Shown: piece after piece, positions 54,917 to 64,000 of the stretch
Position numbering within the stretch: position 1 is the stretch's first letter
Layout of the letters: each line of letters begins with the position of its first letter
Source of the DNA: Paracoccaceae bacterium
Lineage (GTDB): Bacteria; Pseudomonadota; Alphaproteobacteria; Rhodobacterales; Rhodobacteraceae
Direction: 5' to 3'
Length of the DNA: 64,000 nucleotides
Assembly: GCA_023260655.1 (NCBI GenBank)
Contig: JALQUU010000002.1
Coordinates: forward strand, 1,180-65,179
Position numbers and translations under genes: made by a program
The notes under the pieces: generated by a model
Told to the model about the DNA's origin: nothing
Databases searched by the model: none
Seen by the model: the letters and a program-made list of their open reading frames with translations, nothing else

Positions 54917-56172
54917 CCGTGAAGCCCCCGATATTCGCTACGCTCGGCTGCCGCCTCAACGCCTACGAAACCGAGGCGATGAAGGAACTTGCCGAACAGG
55001 CAGGCGTGAATGGCGCGGTGATCGTGAACACCTGCGCCGTTACCGCCGAAGCCGTCAAGAAAGCGCGTCAGGAAATCCGTCGCCTCCGCCGCGAGAATCC
55101 CGAAGCGCGAATCATCGTCACGGGCTGCGCCGCGCAAACCGAGCCGGAAACCTTCACCGCGATGGATGAGGTCGATCATGTGATCGGCAACACCGAGAAG
55201 ATGCAGCCTGAAACATGGGCCCGCCTCGGCCCCGATTTCATCGGTGAAACCGAGCGTGTGCAGGTAAACGACATCATGTCCGTCACCGAAACCGCGGCGC
55301 ACCTGATCGACGGCTTCGATGGCCGCACCCGCGCCTTTGTCGAGGTGCAGCAGGGTTGCGACCACCGCTGCACCTTCTGCATCATCCCCTTCGGGCGTGG
55401 CAATTCCCGCTCGGTGCCCGCAGGCGTGGTGATCGAACAGATCAAGCGCCTCGTCGGCAAAGGCTTCAACGAAGTCGTGCTCACGGGCGTCGATCTCACC
55501 TCATGGGGGGCTGACCTGCCCGGCGAGCCGCGCTTGGGCGATCTCTTGATGCGGATCCTCAAACTGATCCCGGATCTGCCGCGCCTCCGGATTTCCTCCA
55601 TCGATTCGATCGAGGCCGACGAGAACCTTATGCAAGCCATCGCCACCGAGCCGCGCCTGATGCCCCATCTGCATCTCTCGCTCCAGCACGGCGATGATCT
55701 CATCCTGAAGCGCATGAAGCGTCGCCACCTCCGCGACGATGCCATCCGCTTCTGCGAAGACGCCCGCCGCCTGCGGCCCGAAATCACCTTCGGCGCGGAT
55801 ATCATCGCGGGCTTCCCAACCGAGACCGACGCGCATTTCGAGAACTCGCTCAAGCTTGTGGAAGAGTGCCACCTCACATGGCTGCACGTCTTCCCCTATA
55901 GCCCCCGCAAAGGCACCCCCGCCGCGCGGATGCCGCAAGTGGAAGGCGGCCTGATCCGCGCCCGCGCAGCACGCCTCCGCGATGCAGGCGATGCGGCTGT
56001 TGCCCGCCATCTGGCCGCGCAGCAGGGCAAACGGCACCTTGTCCTGATGGAAAGCCCCGTGATGGGCCGCACCGAACAATTCGCCGAGGTGGATTTCACC
56101 ACCGAGCAGCCGGAAGGGGCCATTGTCGAGGCCACGATCACTGGCTATAACGGTCAGCGCCTCACCGCGTAG
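54913..56172 (+). CDS. mtaB: tRNA (t6A37) methylthiotransferase MtaB (MiaB-like radical SAM)
   Basis: N-terminal UPF0004 Cys residues (LGCRLN, NTCAVT), the radical-SAM motif CDHRCTFCIIP, and a TRAM-like C-terminus. Confidence 0.85.
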   Translation: MTVKPPIFATLGCRLNAYETEAMKELAEQAGVNGAVIVNTCAVTAEAVKKARQEIRRLRRENPEARIIVTGCAAQTEPETFTAMDEVDHVIGNTEKMQPETWARLGPDFIGETERVQVNDIMSVTETAAHLIDGFDGRTRAFVEVQQGCDHRCTFCIIPFGRGNSRSVPAGVVIEQIKRLVGKGFNEVVLTGVDLTSWGADLPGEPRLGDLLMRILKLIPDLPRLRISSIDSIEADENLMQAIATEPRLMPHLHLSLQHGDDLILKRMKRRHLRDDAIRFCEDARRLRPEITFGADIIAGFPTETDAHFENSLKLVEECHLTWLHVFPYSPRKGTPAARMPQVEGGLIRARAARLRDAGDAAVARHLAAQQGKRHLVLMESPVMGRTEQFAEVDFTTEQPEGAIVEATITGYNGQRLTA

Positions 56173-56187
56173 ACGAAAGGCACTCCG

Positions 56188-56796
56188 ATGCATCCCAATC
56201 CCGCTTTCCGCCGCGTCGAAGCCGCCCAAAGCCTCGCACTGGTGCGCGACCGGTCTTTCGGCATTCTCGTGGTCCAAGGCCCCGAAGGCCCCTTGGCCAG
56301 CCACATCCCGTTTCTGATCTCGGATGACGGGGCGCTCGTCGAATTCCACCTCGTCCGCAACTCCCCGATGGCCCGCGCCATTGCTGAAGGCGCACCCGCG
56401 CGGCTCATCGTCGAAGGCCCCGAAGGCTATATCTCGCCCGACTGGTACGGGGCCGAAGATCAGGTTCCCACCTGGAACTACGTCGCGGTGCACCTCTTGG
56501 GCGAAGCGCGCCTTACCTCCGAAGACGGCTTCCGCGATCTCCTTGATCGCCTTTCGGCCCATTTCGAAGAGCGGCTCCTGCCGAAGAAGCCGTGGGTCTC
56601 CAGCAAGATGACCGACGGCGTCATGGAGCGGATGATGCGTGGCATCGTTCCCTGCGCGATGCAGGTCAGCGACGTGCAATCCACATGGAAGCTCGGCCAG
56701 AACAAAACAGACGAGGCCCGTAACGGTGCTGCCGAAGGGCTCGAAGGCCAAGGCAACACGGCACTCGCCACCCTGATGCGCCAGCCGCCCGTCTAA
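56188..56796 (+). CDS. FMN-binding negative transcriptional regulator PaiB family
   Basis: MHPNPAFR..., HLVRNSPMA, VPTWNYVAVH and KLGQNK are PaiB family hallmarks. Confidence 0.8.
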   Translation: MHPNPAFRRVEAAQSLALVRDRSFGILVVQGPEGPLASHIPFLISDDGALVEFHLVRNSPMARAIAEGAPARLIVEGPEGYISPDWYGAEDQVPTWNYVAVHLLGEARLTSEDGFRDLLDRLSAHFEERLLPKKPWVSSKMTDGVMERMMRGIVPCAMQVSDVQSTWKLGQNKTDEARNGAAEGLEGQGNTALATLMRQPPV

Positions 56797-56861
56797 CCAG
56801 CCTCATGGACAGTTCGCCCCTCCCGCTCTAGCTTCACCGCCGGAGCAAGAGGGAGACGCCC

Positions 56862-57461
56862 ATGAAACTCATTCATTCACCCGCCTCGCCATTCGTCCGC
56901 AAGGTCCTTCTGACCCTGCACGAAACCGGCATGAGCGACCGCGTGGAACTGGTCAATGTGGCCACAACCGCACTCGCAACCGCACCCGAAGCTAAGGCCG
57001 CCAACCCCTTGGGTAAAATCCCAGCGCTCATCCGCGACGATGGCCGCGCCCTGCACGATTCGGCTGTGATCTGCCGCTACATTGACAGCCTCGCAGGCTC
57101 AGGCCTCTACCCGTCCGATGATTTCGACGCGATGACGCTCGAGTCGATGGCAGACGGCATAATGGATGCAGGTGTCCTCATGGTTTACGAGGCACGCCTT
57201 CGCCCCGCTGAAAAGCAGTTCGAGCCATGGGTCGAAGCGCAATGGGGCAAGATCTGCGGCGCGCTCGATCACATCGAGGCGCATTGGATGGGCCACCTCA
57301 ATGGCAACGTCACCGGTGCCCAGATCGCCTTGGGCGCAGCCCTCGGCTATCTCGATTTCCGCCATGATGCCCGTGGTTGGCGCAAAGGGCGCGGCAAGCT
57401 CGACGACTGGTTTGCCGCCTTCTCACAGCGCCCGTCGATGAAGGCCACCCAGCCCGCCTGA
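56862..57461 (+). CDS. Glutathione S-transferase
   Basis: MKLIHSPASPFVRKVLLTLHETG, a thioredoxin-like N-domain with PLGKIPAL. Confidence 0.85.
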   Translation: MKLIHSPASPFVRKVLLTLHETGMSDRVELVNVATTALATAPEAKAANPLGKIPALIRDDGRALHDSAVICRYIDSLAGSGLYPSDDFDAMTLESMADGIMDAGVLMVYEARLRPAEKQFEPWVEAQWGKICGALDHIEAHWMGHLNGNVTGAQIALGAALGYLDFRHDARGWRKGRGKLDDWFAAFSQRPSMKATQPA

Positions 57462-57474
57462 GCGACCATACAAT

Positions 57475-57505
57475 AAAAAACGGGGGCCACTGGCCCCCGT
57501 TTTCG
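57475..57505. terminator. Bidirectional Rho-independent terminator
   Basis: AAAAAA-CGGGGGCCA-c-TGGCCCCCG-TTTTC, between convergent gst and mcl1. Confidence 0.8.
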
Positions 57506-57520
57506 TCTCTGTAACCCAGA

Positions 57521-58480
57521 TCAGGCTTTCGAGATCATCTCGGCCTGTTTCACGATCACTTCCGCCTGCTTGATCGAAGCGATGTCCACCAAACGGCCCT
57601 TGTAAACCGTCGCACCTTCACCGCGCGCCTTGGCGTCTTCCATCGCTTTCAGGATTTCGCGCGCTTCGGCCACAGCCTCGTCAGACGGCGTGAATACTTC
57701 GTTGGCCAGTGCCACCTGCTTCGGGTGGATCGCCCACTTGCCAACCATGCCAAGCGTCGCCGAACGGCGCGCCTGTGCGCGGAAGCCTTCGTCATCGGAG
57801 AAGTCGCCGAAGGGGCCATCCACGGGCAGAACGCCATGGGTGCGGCAGGCCGCAACAATCGCCGCCTGCGCCCAATGCCACGGATCAGCCCAGTACTGAG
57901 CACCGCCGCGCAGCATGTAATAATTCTCCTGCGTGCCACCGATCCCCGTGGTCTGCATCCCCATCGACGCCGCGAAATCGGCCGCGCCAAGGCTCATCGC
58001 CACGAGGCGCGGCGTTGCTGCGGCGATTTCCTCGACATGGGCAATGCCCGCCGCGCTTTCGATGATCACTTCGAACTTGATCGGCTTCGTGCGGCCCTTG
58101 GCGCGCTCAATCGCCGTCACCAGCGCATCCACCGCGTAAAGGTCAGCCGCGCAGCCGACTTTCGGGATCATGATCTGGTCAAGGCGGTCACCCGCCTGCT
58201 CCAGCAGGTCAACAACGTCACGATACCAGAAAGGCGTATCCAAACCGTTGATCCGCACGGAAAGCGTCTTCGTGCCCCAGTTCACCGTGTTGATCGCTTC
58301 GATCACATTGGCGCGCGCCTGATCCTTGTCGGTGGGCGCGACCGAGTCCTCGAGGTCGAGGTTGATCACATCCGCAGCACTCGCGGCCATTTTCTCGAAA
58401 AGCGCCGGGCGCGAGCCGGGGCCAAACAGCTGGCAGCGGTTCGGACGGGCGGCGGGTGTCGGTTGCAGACGGAAGGACAT
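57521..58480 (-). CDS. mcl1: L-malyl-CoA/beta-methylmalyl-CoA lyase (HpcH/CitE family)
   Basis: Start MSFRLQPTPAARPNRCQLFGPGSRPALFEKMAASAADVINLDLEDSVAP at 58480, 319 aa. From memory it is nearly collinear with R. sphaeroides Mcl1. Confidence 0.85.
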   Translation of the reverse strand: MSFRLQPTPAARPNRCQLFGPGSRPALFEKMAASAADVINLDLEDSVAPTDKDQARANVIEAINTVNWGTKTLSVRINGLDTPFWYRDVVDLLEQAGDRLDQIMIPKVGCAADLYAVDALVTAIERAKGRTKPIKFEVIIESAAGIAHVEEIAAATPRLVAMSLGAADFAASMGMQTTGIGGTQENYYMLRGGAQYWADPWHWAQAAIVAACRTHGVLPVDGPFGDFSDDEGFRAQARRSATLGMVGKWAIHPKQVALANEVFTPSDEAVAEAREILKAMEDAKARGEGATVYKGRLVDIASIKQAEVIVKQAEMISKA

Positions 58481-58600
58481 CGGCATTCTCCGGGCAGTGG
58501 GCAATGAAATTGCGGTTTCGCTGCCCGGAGGGTTAGGAAATTGCGCGGCGATCTGCAAGGCGATTTTGCTTTTGCGGCAATGCAGTCGCAGCAAAAGCCC

Positions 58601-59458
58601 TTAGATCGCGGCTTTCAGGCTTTCCTCGAGGTAGATCTCGCGCAGCCGCGCCGCGACAGAACCGGGCTTTCCGGTGCCAACCGCTTTGCCGTCGATCTCA
58701 ACTACGGGCATCACGAAAGTCGAGGCCGAGGTGATGAACGCTTCATCCGCGCCCTGCGCTTCCGCGATGGTGAACGCGCGCTCTTCCACTTCCATCTGCG
58801 CCTCGCGGGCAAACCGCAGCACAGCCGCGCGGGTGATTCCGTGCAGGATGTCGTTCGACAATTCACGCGTGATGATGCGGTTGCCCTTCACGATATAGGC
58901 GTTGTTCGAGGTGCCCTCGGTCACCTTGCCCTCTTCCACCAGCCAAGCATCATCGCAACCGGCCTTCTTCGCCATCATCTTGCCCATCGACGGGTAGAGA
59001 AGCTGCACGGTCTTGATATCGCGGCGGCCCCAGCGGATATCGTCGATCGAGATCACCTTCATGCCGATCTTCGCCATCGGGCTTTCGGCCATTCCGGGCT
59101 TCGACTGGGTGAAAAGAACCAGCGTCGGCTTCGTATCCGCCGAGGGGAACGCGAAATCGCGGTCGCCCGGATTGCCGCGCGTCACCTGCAGATAGATCAT
59201 GCCGTCCACGATATTGTTGCGCTCCACCAACTCGCGGTGAATCGCCAGAAGTTCGTCATCGGTGCAGGGCTCGGCCATGTCCAACTCGTTCAGCGAACGG
59301 TGCAAACGCGCGGTGTGGCCTGCGAAATCAATGAGCTTGCCGCCCAACACGCTCGTCACTTCGTAAACGCCATCCGCCATAAGGAAGCCACGGTCGAAGA
59401 TCGAAACCTTGGCTTCGGTCTCGGGCATGTACTCGCCATTCACGTAAACGGTTCTCAT
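58601..59458 (-). CDS. D-amino-acid / branched-chain aminotransferase (PLP fold type IV)
   Basis: Start MRTVYVNGEYMPETEAKVSIFDRGFLMADGVYEV at 59458. Class IV motifs EGTSNN and ITRAAV are present. Confidence 0.8.
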   Translation of the reverse strand: MRTVYVNGEYMPETEAKVSIFDRGFLMADGVYEVTSVLGGKLIDFAGHTARLHRSLNELDMAEPCTDDELLAIHRELVERNNIVDGMIYLQVTRGNPGDRDFAFPSADTKPTLVLFTQSKPGMAESPMAKIGMKVISIDDIRWGRRDIKTVQLLYPSMGKMMAKKAGCDDAWLVEEGKVTEGTSNNAYIVKGNRIITRELSNDILHGITRAAVLRFAREAQMEVEERAFTIAEAQGADEAFITSASTFVMPVVEIDGKAVGTGKPGSVAARLREIYLEESLKAAI

Positions 59459-59598
59459 CGCGGGGCCTCCTTTGGGCAAAAATGACCCTTGGCTTCTCGC
59501 CGGAAGCGCGCCTTGGGTCAAGTGGAGGGGTGCCGCAGGCGGCCAACGAGCCACATGAACGGCCTAACCGCTTATCATTTCACTTTGAAAGGGAAGGT

Positions 59599-59674
<76 letters not shown>

Positions 59675-59775
59675 TACCTTGGGAACGCCCCTTGAGGCGT
59701 CGTGGCCGCTACTTAGATTTTGATGCGGGCGGGATCAAGCGGAAAATTCCGCCCGCATATCAGACCCCAAAGGGA

Positions 59776-60096
59776 TCAGATTTCTTCGTCGTCTGCGACG
59801 TCGGTCAGATCATCGAGGGAGACGTTGTCGTCATCCTCTTCCTCGAGAAGATCATCATCGAGGTCCAGATCGACGTCATCATCGTCCAGAACATCATCAT
59901 CTGCGTCCGCAGCGTTCATCTTCGACTTGCGGCCTGCACCATCCTCGGCGTCGGCTGCAATCATGCGGCCACGATGCACCTCAAGTTCCACAACCTCACC
60001 CGTGTACGGGCTGACGATCGGACGCTTGTTCATGTCGTAGAAGCGCTTGCCAGTGGTCGGGCAGACGCGTTTCGTGCCCCACTCTTCCTTCGGCAT
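59776..60096 (-). CDS. Zinc-ribbon protein with acidic tail (TIGR02300 'FYDLN_acid' type)
   Basis: Start MPKEEWGTKRVCPTTGKRFYDMNKRPIVSPYTGE at 60096, with a D/E-rich C-terminus. Confidence 0.75.
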   Translation of the reverse strand: MPKEEWGTKRVCPTTGKRFYDMNKRPIVSPYTGEVVELEVHRGRMIAADAEDGAGRKSKMNAADADDDVLDDDDVDLDLDDDLLEEEDDDNVSLDDLTDVADDEEI

Positions 60097-60188
60097 GGGA
60101 ATCCCCTTCGCTTGAATGCCTTGCTGATTCCGCGCCAACTGCCATAAGCGAAAGGTCAAGTCAAAGCCTTTGGTACCGGAAACCCGCG

Positions 60189-60881
60189 ATGGCCCAGCAT
60201 ATCCTCCCCGGAACCCCTCCGGTGGAACTGATTTTGCGAAAATCCGCTCGCGCGCGCCGCATCTCGCTGCGCGTGTCGCGCCTTGATGGCCGCGTCACGC
60301 TCACCATGCCGCCTCATGCCTCGGAACGCGAAGCGCTGGCCTTTGCCGCCGAGAAAGCCGACTGGCTCCGCCGCCATCTGGCCGCCCACCCCGCCGAAAC
60401 CCGCGTTTCCGTAGGATACGAATTGCCCGTCGAAGGGCGGATGCTCACCCTGCAAAGCGTGGATCATGGCCACGCGCCGCGAATCGAAGGCGATCTCTTC
60501 CTGATCCCCGGCCCCGAAGCCCGCGCCGCCACCCGTGCCGCCGCTTTCCTGAAGCTCCGAGCGCGGGACAGGTTAGCCGAAGCCTCCGATCGCTACGCCA
60601 CCAAACTCGGCCGCCCCTACACCTCCCTCACCCTGCGTGACACCCGCTCCCGCTGGGGGTCCTGCACCACAGAAGGCGCGCTCATGTATTCGTGGCGGCT
60701 CATCATGGCCCCACCAGAGGTGCTTGAGTATGTCGCGGCCCACGAGGTCGCGCATCTCGCGGAGATGAATCACGCGTCAGCCTTCTGGAAAACCGTAGGC
60801 CGCCTCTACGGCCCCTACGCCGAGGCGCGCGCATGGCTCAAACGCGAAGGCCACCGCCTGCACCACTACCGATTCGATTGA
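60189..60881 (+). CDS. M48-like metallohydrolase (YgjP/DUF45 family)
   Basis: RSRWGSC and the HExxH motif in YVAAHEVAHLAEMNHASAFW. Confidence 0.8.
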   Translation: MAQHILPGTPPVELILRKSARARRISLRVSRLDGRVTLTMPPHASEREALAFAAEKADWLRRHLAAHPAETRVSVGYELPVEGRMLTLQSVDHGHAPRIEGDLFLIPGPEARAATRAAAFLKLRARDRLAEASDRYATKLGRPYTSLTLRDTRSRWGSCTTEGALMYSWRLIMAPPEVLEYVAAHEVAHLAEMNHASAFWKTVGRLYGPYAEARAWLKREGHRLHHYRFD

Positions 60882-60912
60882 CCTTGCCGGGATTTGTGAT
60901 CACAAACGGGCT

Positions 60913-61560
60913 ATGAGCATTCCGCCCCGCCCCGAACCCGTTCTTTCCGCCCATGACCGCATCTATCGCGGCCTGCGCACCCGTATCATGCACGGCGATA
61001 TCGAACCGGGCCAAGCGCTCACGCTGCGGGGCCTCGGCAAGGAATTCGGCGTCTCCATGACGCCAGTGCGCGAAGCCATCAACCGCCTCGCCGCCGAAGG
61101 CGCACTCACAGTGTCCTCCTCCGGCCGCATCTCCACGCCCGAGCTGTCGAACGAACGGATCGAGGAACTCGCCGCCCTCCGCGCGCTGATCGAGGTCGAA
61201 CTGGCCTCCCGCGCTCTCCCGCGCGCCCACATCGCGCTGATCGAGCGCTTGCAAACCATCAACACCGCCGTTGGCGACGCCGCCGCGCGTGGCGACGCGG
61301 TCAGCTACATCCGCTCTAACCTCGAATTCCACCGCACGCTCTATCTGCGCGCCCAAGCGCCCGCGATGCTGGCCATGGCCGAAACCGTCTGGCTCCAACT
61401 CGGGCCGACGATCCGCTCGCTCTACACGCGCCTCCGCCGCAAAGACCCGCCGCAATACCACCGTCTGATCATCGCGGCCCTCAAAGCGGGCGACGAACCC
61501 GGCCTCCGCCTCGCCGTCCGCTCGGATGTCACGCAGGGCCTCAAGATGCTTCAGGGATAA
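60913..61560 (+). CDS. GntR family transcriptional regulator (FCD ligand domain)
   Basis: A winged HTH (LRGLGKEFGVSMTPVREAINRLAAEGAL) plus an FCD-like helical C-domain. Confidence 0.85.
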   Translation: MSIPPRPEPVLSAHDRIYRGLRTRIMHGDIEPGQALTLRGLGKEFGVSMTPVREAINRLAAEGALTVSSSGRISTPELSNERIEELAALRALIEVELASRALPRAHIALIERLQTINTAVGDAAARGDAVSYIRSNLEFHRTLYLRAQAPAMLAMAETVWLQLGPTIRSLYTRLRRKDPPQYHRLIIAALKAGDEPGLRLAVRSDVTQGLKMLQG

Positions 61561-61561
61561 C

Positions 61562-61876
61562 TCAGGCGAACTTCAGCGCCGCAATGCCTGCGATGATCAG
61601 GAGGATGCCCGCTACGCTTAGGGCATTCACCGGCTCTCCCATCAGGATCACCGCTGCAATCGCCGTGCCCACAGCGCCAATGCCCACCCAGACCGCATAG
61701 GCCGTGCCCACAGGCAGATCCTTCATCGCCGCCGAAAGCAGCCAGAATGACGCCAGCGCCCCGCCAATCGTGATGACAGACGGCCAAAGCCGCGTGAACC
61801 CGTCGGAATATTTCAGCCCGAGCGCCCAGCCCGTCTCCATCAGCCCCGCTAGAACGACGAGCACCCAAGGAGACAT
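61562..61876 (-). CDS. sugE: SMR family exporter SugE/Gdx (quaternary ammonium / guanidinium efflux)
   Basis: 104 aa with 4 TM segments, [22 protein letters not shown] carrying the conserved membrane Glu. Its ATG overlaps the accA stop (TAATG). Confidence 0.85.
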   Translation of the reverse strand: MSPWVLVVLAGLMETGWALGLKYSDGFTRLWPSVITIGGALASFWLLSAAMKDLPVGTAYAVWVGIGAVGTAIAAVILMGEPVNALSVAGILLIIAGIAALKFA

Positions 61877-62838
61877 TATGTGGCGAGCCCTTTCGATCCC
61901 ATCGAAAGGAATTTCTTCCGCCGCGCGTCAATCAACGCCTTCGGCTTCATGGTCGAAAGCTCCGCGAGCATCCCTGCAATCGCGTCGCCTACCACTTCGA
62001 TGGTGTGCTTGGCATCGCGATGCGCACCGCCCAGAGGCTCCGAAATGATCCGGTCGATCACGCCGAGCTTCTTCAGATCCTGCGCCGTCAGCCGCAGCGC
62101 TTCCGCCGCTTCGCGCATCTTTTCCGAATCCTTCCAGAGGATCGACGCGCAGCCTTCCGGCGAGATCACCGAATAAACCGAATGTTCAAGCATCGCGACC
62201 GAGTTCGCCGTCGCGAATGCCACAGCCCCGCCCGAACCGCCTTCACCGATCACCACCGAAACGAGAGGCACACCGATCTGCAGGCATTTCTCGGTCGAAC
62301 GCGCAATCGCCTCCGACTGCCCGCGCTCTTCCGCACCCTTGCCCGGATAGGCACCGGGCGTGTCGACGAGGGTGATCACGGGCAGGCGGAACTTGTCGGC
62401 CATCTCCATCAGGCGGATCGCCTTGCGGTAGCCCTCGGGGCGCGCCATGCCGAAATTGCGCTCGATCCGCGTTTTGGTGTCATGGCCCTTCTCATGGCCG
62501 ATCACCATCACGGGCTTATCCTGAAACCGCGCAAGCCCGCCCATCACCGAATGGTCGTCCGCGAAGTTGCGGTCGCCAGCGAGGGGGGTGTACTCGGTAA
62601 AGAGCGCGTCGATGTAATCCTTGCAATGCGGCCGCTCCGGATGACGCGCAACCTGGCATTTCCGCCAAGGGGTCAGTTCCTTGTAGAGCGAGACCAAGAG
62701 GTCTTTCGCCTTCTTGTCGAGGGCAGCGGCTTCGCCTTCCACATCCATCTCGGGATTGGCCCGCGCCAGCGCGCGCAGTTCCTCGGCCTTGCCTTCAATC
62801 TCGGCAAGGGGGCGTTCGAAGTCGAGGTAATTGGTCAT
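61876..62838 (-). CDS. accA: Acetyl-CoA carboxylase carboxyltransferase alpha subunit AccA
   Basis: [22 protein letters not shown]..., [10 protein letters not shown] and GEGGSGGA. Confidence 0.95.
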   Translation of the reverse strand: MTNYLDFERPLAEIEGKAEELRALARANPEMDVEGEAAALDKKAKDLLVSLYKELTPWRKCQVARHPERPHCKDYIDALFTEYTPLAGDRNFADDHSVMGGLARFQDKPVMVIGHEKGHDTKTRIERNFGMARPEGYRKAIRLMEMADKFRLPVITLVDTPGAYPGKGAEERGQSEAIARSTEKCLQIGVPLVSVVIGEGGSGGAVAFATANSVAMLEHSVYSVISPEGCASILWKDSEKMREAAEALRLTAQDLKKLGVIDRIISEPLGGAHRDAKHTIEVVGDAIAGMLAELSTMKPKALIDARRKKFLSMGSKGLAT

Positions 62839-62900
62839 CGTGACCCTCCGTCAGCATCCGCGCCTATATGACCCTTGCCCCGTTCGGATGCAACAGATCA

Positions 62901-62975
62901 GAAACGGGGAAAGGGCAGGGGGCGCTGCCCCCTCTGCCTTCGGCATTCACCCCCGGGATATTTCTGAAAGCGAAA
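62901..62975 (-). repeat. Intergenic repeat family, copy D (minus orientation)
   Basis: The reverse complement is tttcGCTTTCAGAAATATCCCGGGGGTGAATGCCGAAGGCAGAGGGGGCAGCGCCCCCTGCCCTTTCCCCGTTTC. It begins 8 nt after the stop of the minus-strand LysE-family gene. Confidence 0.85.
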
Positions 62976-62982
62976 TTCGATT

Positions 62983-63588
62983 TTAGGGAGCAAGCATCGG
63001 CCAGACGACAGGGATAAGCGAGGCCACCAGAAGCACCGCCATCGTCCAGTTGAAAACCTTCAGCCGGAGCGGGTTCGAGAGCAGCGCGCGCAGGTTCTGT
63101 CCCATCACTGTCCAGAGGCTGATCGACGGCAGGTTCGTGCAGGCGAAGATGGCTGCCACAGTGGTGACAGCCGCAAAAGAGCGGTCGGGCGCGTAGAGCG
63201 TGATGGCTGTGAGCGCCATTTGCCAGGCTTTCGGGTTTACCCATTGGAAGGCGGCGGCCTGAAAGAAGCTGAAAGGTTTGCCCCGTTTGTCAGCGGTTCC
63301 GGGCGCGCTGGCATGGGCGATTTTCCACGCGAGCCAGAGCAGGTAGAGGATGCCGAGGATCGTGAGGATATCATGGGTCAGCGGCACCGCCTCGAAGAGC
63401 CCCATCAGGCCGACGCCTACAAGGACCACCATGAAAGAATGGCCGACCGAGATCCCCAGCATATGCGGGATCGAGCGGCGGAAGCCGTAATTGGCCCCGG
63501 ACGCCAAGAGCATCAGGTTATTCGGCCCCGGCGTGATCGAGGAGACGAAGGCGAAAAGCAAGAGGCCTGTGAGGAGTTCGTGCGTCAT
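62983..63588 (-). CDS. LysE/RhtB family amino-acid exporter
   Basis: Start MTHELLTGLLLFAFVSSITPGPNNLMLLASG at 63588, the typical LysE N-terminus. Confidence 0.85.
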   Translation of the reverse strand: MTHELLTGLLLFAFVSSITPGPNNLMLLASGANYGFRRSIPHMLGISVGHSFMVVLVGVGLMGLFEAVPLTHDILTILGILYLLWLAWKIAHASAPGTADKRGKPFSFFQAAAFQWVNPKAWQMALTAITLYAPDRSFAAVTTVAAIFACTNLPSISLWTVMGQNLRALLSNPLRLKVFNWTMAVLLVASLIPVVWPMLAP

Positions 63589-63720
63589 GGAGGCGGACCA
63601 TAGCCAAAGGCGTGGCAAGTGGAAGAGGTGCATTGAATTGTTTCAACGCGGCGTGAGTGGCTCTCTTGCTCCTTCTTGGCAGAGCGCTAGTCTGGCAAAC
63701 AAACCAGGGAGGACGGCCGG

Positions 63721-64000
63721 ATGCACCCGCTGCTGACAGAAAAGGATATCGAGGATTACCAGCGCGATGGCGTTGTCGTGATCCGGGGGCTCTTCAAGGA
63801 ATGGGTGGAAGTGCTGCGCGCGGGCATCGAGCGCAACATGACCGAACCTGGCCCATACGCGTCGGAGAACAAGAAGGACGGCGAGAGCGGCCGGTTCTTC
63901 GACGATTACTGCAACTGGCCGCGCATCCCCGAATTCGAACAGGTGATCCGTGAAAGCGCCGCGGCAGAAGTTGCAGCACAGCTTATGGGGTCCGAGTCGG
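63721..64000 (+). CDS. Phytanoyl-CoA dioxygenase (PhyH) family protein, 5' part (runs off the window)
   Basis: My translation from the ATG at 63721 is MHPLLTEKDIEDYQRDGVVVIRGLFKEWVEVLRAGIERNM..., a typical PhyH N-terminus. An AGGGAGGA RBS precedes it. Confidence 0.7.
   Translation, partial: MHPLLTEKDIEDYQRDGVVVIRGLFKEWVEVLRAGIERNMTEPGPYASENKKDGESGRFFDDYCNWPRIPEFEQVIRESAAAEVAAQLMGSES

Noticed and set aside
59776-59900. Extremely acidic D/E-rich low-complexity coding stretch
   Set aside because: It is the characteristic C-terminal tail of the TIGR02300-type zinc-ribbon protein family and is in frame with a well-formed N-terminal zinc ribbon.

Overview
High-GC alphaproteobacterial chromosome, Rhodobacteraceae-like. 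This is an inference from an Mcl1 lyase very close to the Rhodobacter sphaeroides enzyme as I remember it, a btuBFCD-cbiZ locus, and sigma54/fla1-style flagellar genes. The window is densely coding. I call about 70 protein genes, 2 tRNAs (Lys-UUU, Ala-GGC), 1 cobalamin riboswitch, several operator-like sites and hairpin terminators, and a 4-copy family of ~70-nt intergenic repeats.

Gene content from left to right:
- truB (partial)
- the zinc-uptake locus znuA / zur-znuC-znuB, with two Zur-box-like palindromes
- an orphan dnaE2 that seems C-terminally truncated
- pmbA, cysQ-like, ggt
- a STAS / anti-sigma-kinase pair
- thiolase, fRMsr, and the mbfA iron exporter with an Irr/ICE-like palindrome
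- TetR, a MetE-like gene, and LysM and rhodanese proteins
- epmA and efp, divergent
- a small flagellar satellite locus (flgT-like, flgA, flgM, small membrane protein)
- pncA, an Hsp70-like gene, trhO, ybaK, qor
- a 12-gene co-directional beta-oxidation-type operon (28.1-39.8 kb)
- a riboswitch-led 9-gene B12/cobinamide salvage operon with its own ExbB-ExbD-ExbD-TonB (40.0-47.5 kb)
- a tightly coupled three-gene operon of unknown function (atypical M19 'dipeptidase', then a 568-aa and a 183-aa protein, 48.0-51.2 kb)
- housekeeping genes: glmM, dapF, mtaB, paiB, gst, mcl1, dat, accA, sugE and others

I saw no CRISPR array, IS/transposase, integrase, prophage or recognisable defence genes.

The best candidates for something undescribed are:
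- the three-gene operon at 48016-51229
- the stop-codon-proximal repeat family carrying terminator hairpins
- a 330-bp orphan intergenic region at 18.3-18.6 kb
- the kinase/phosphatase pair embedded in the beta-oxidation operon

Many long ORFs in the track are antisense or out-of-frame shadows typical of high-GC DNA, and I rejected them. All protein family assignments rest on motifs I recognise by eye. No database search was run.
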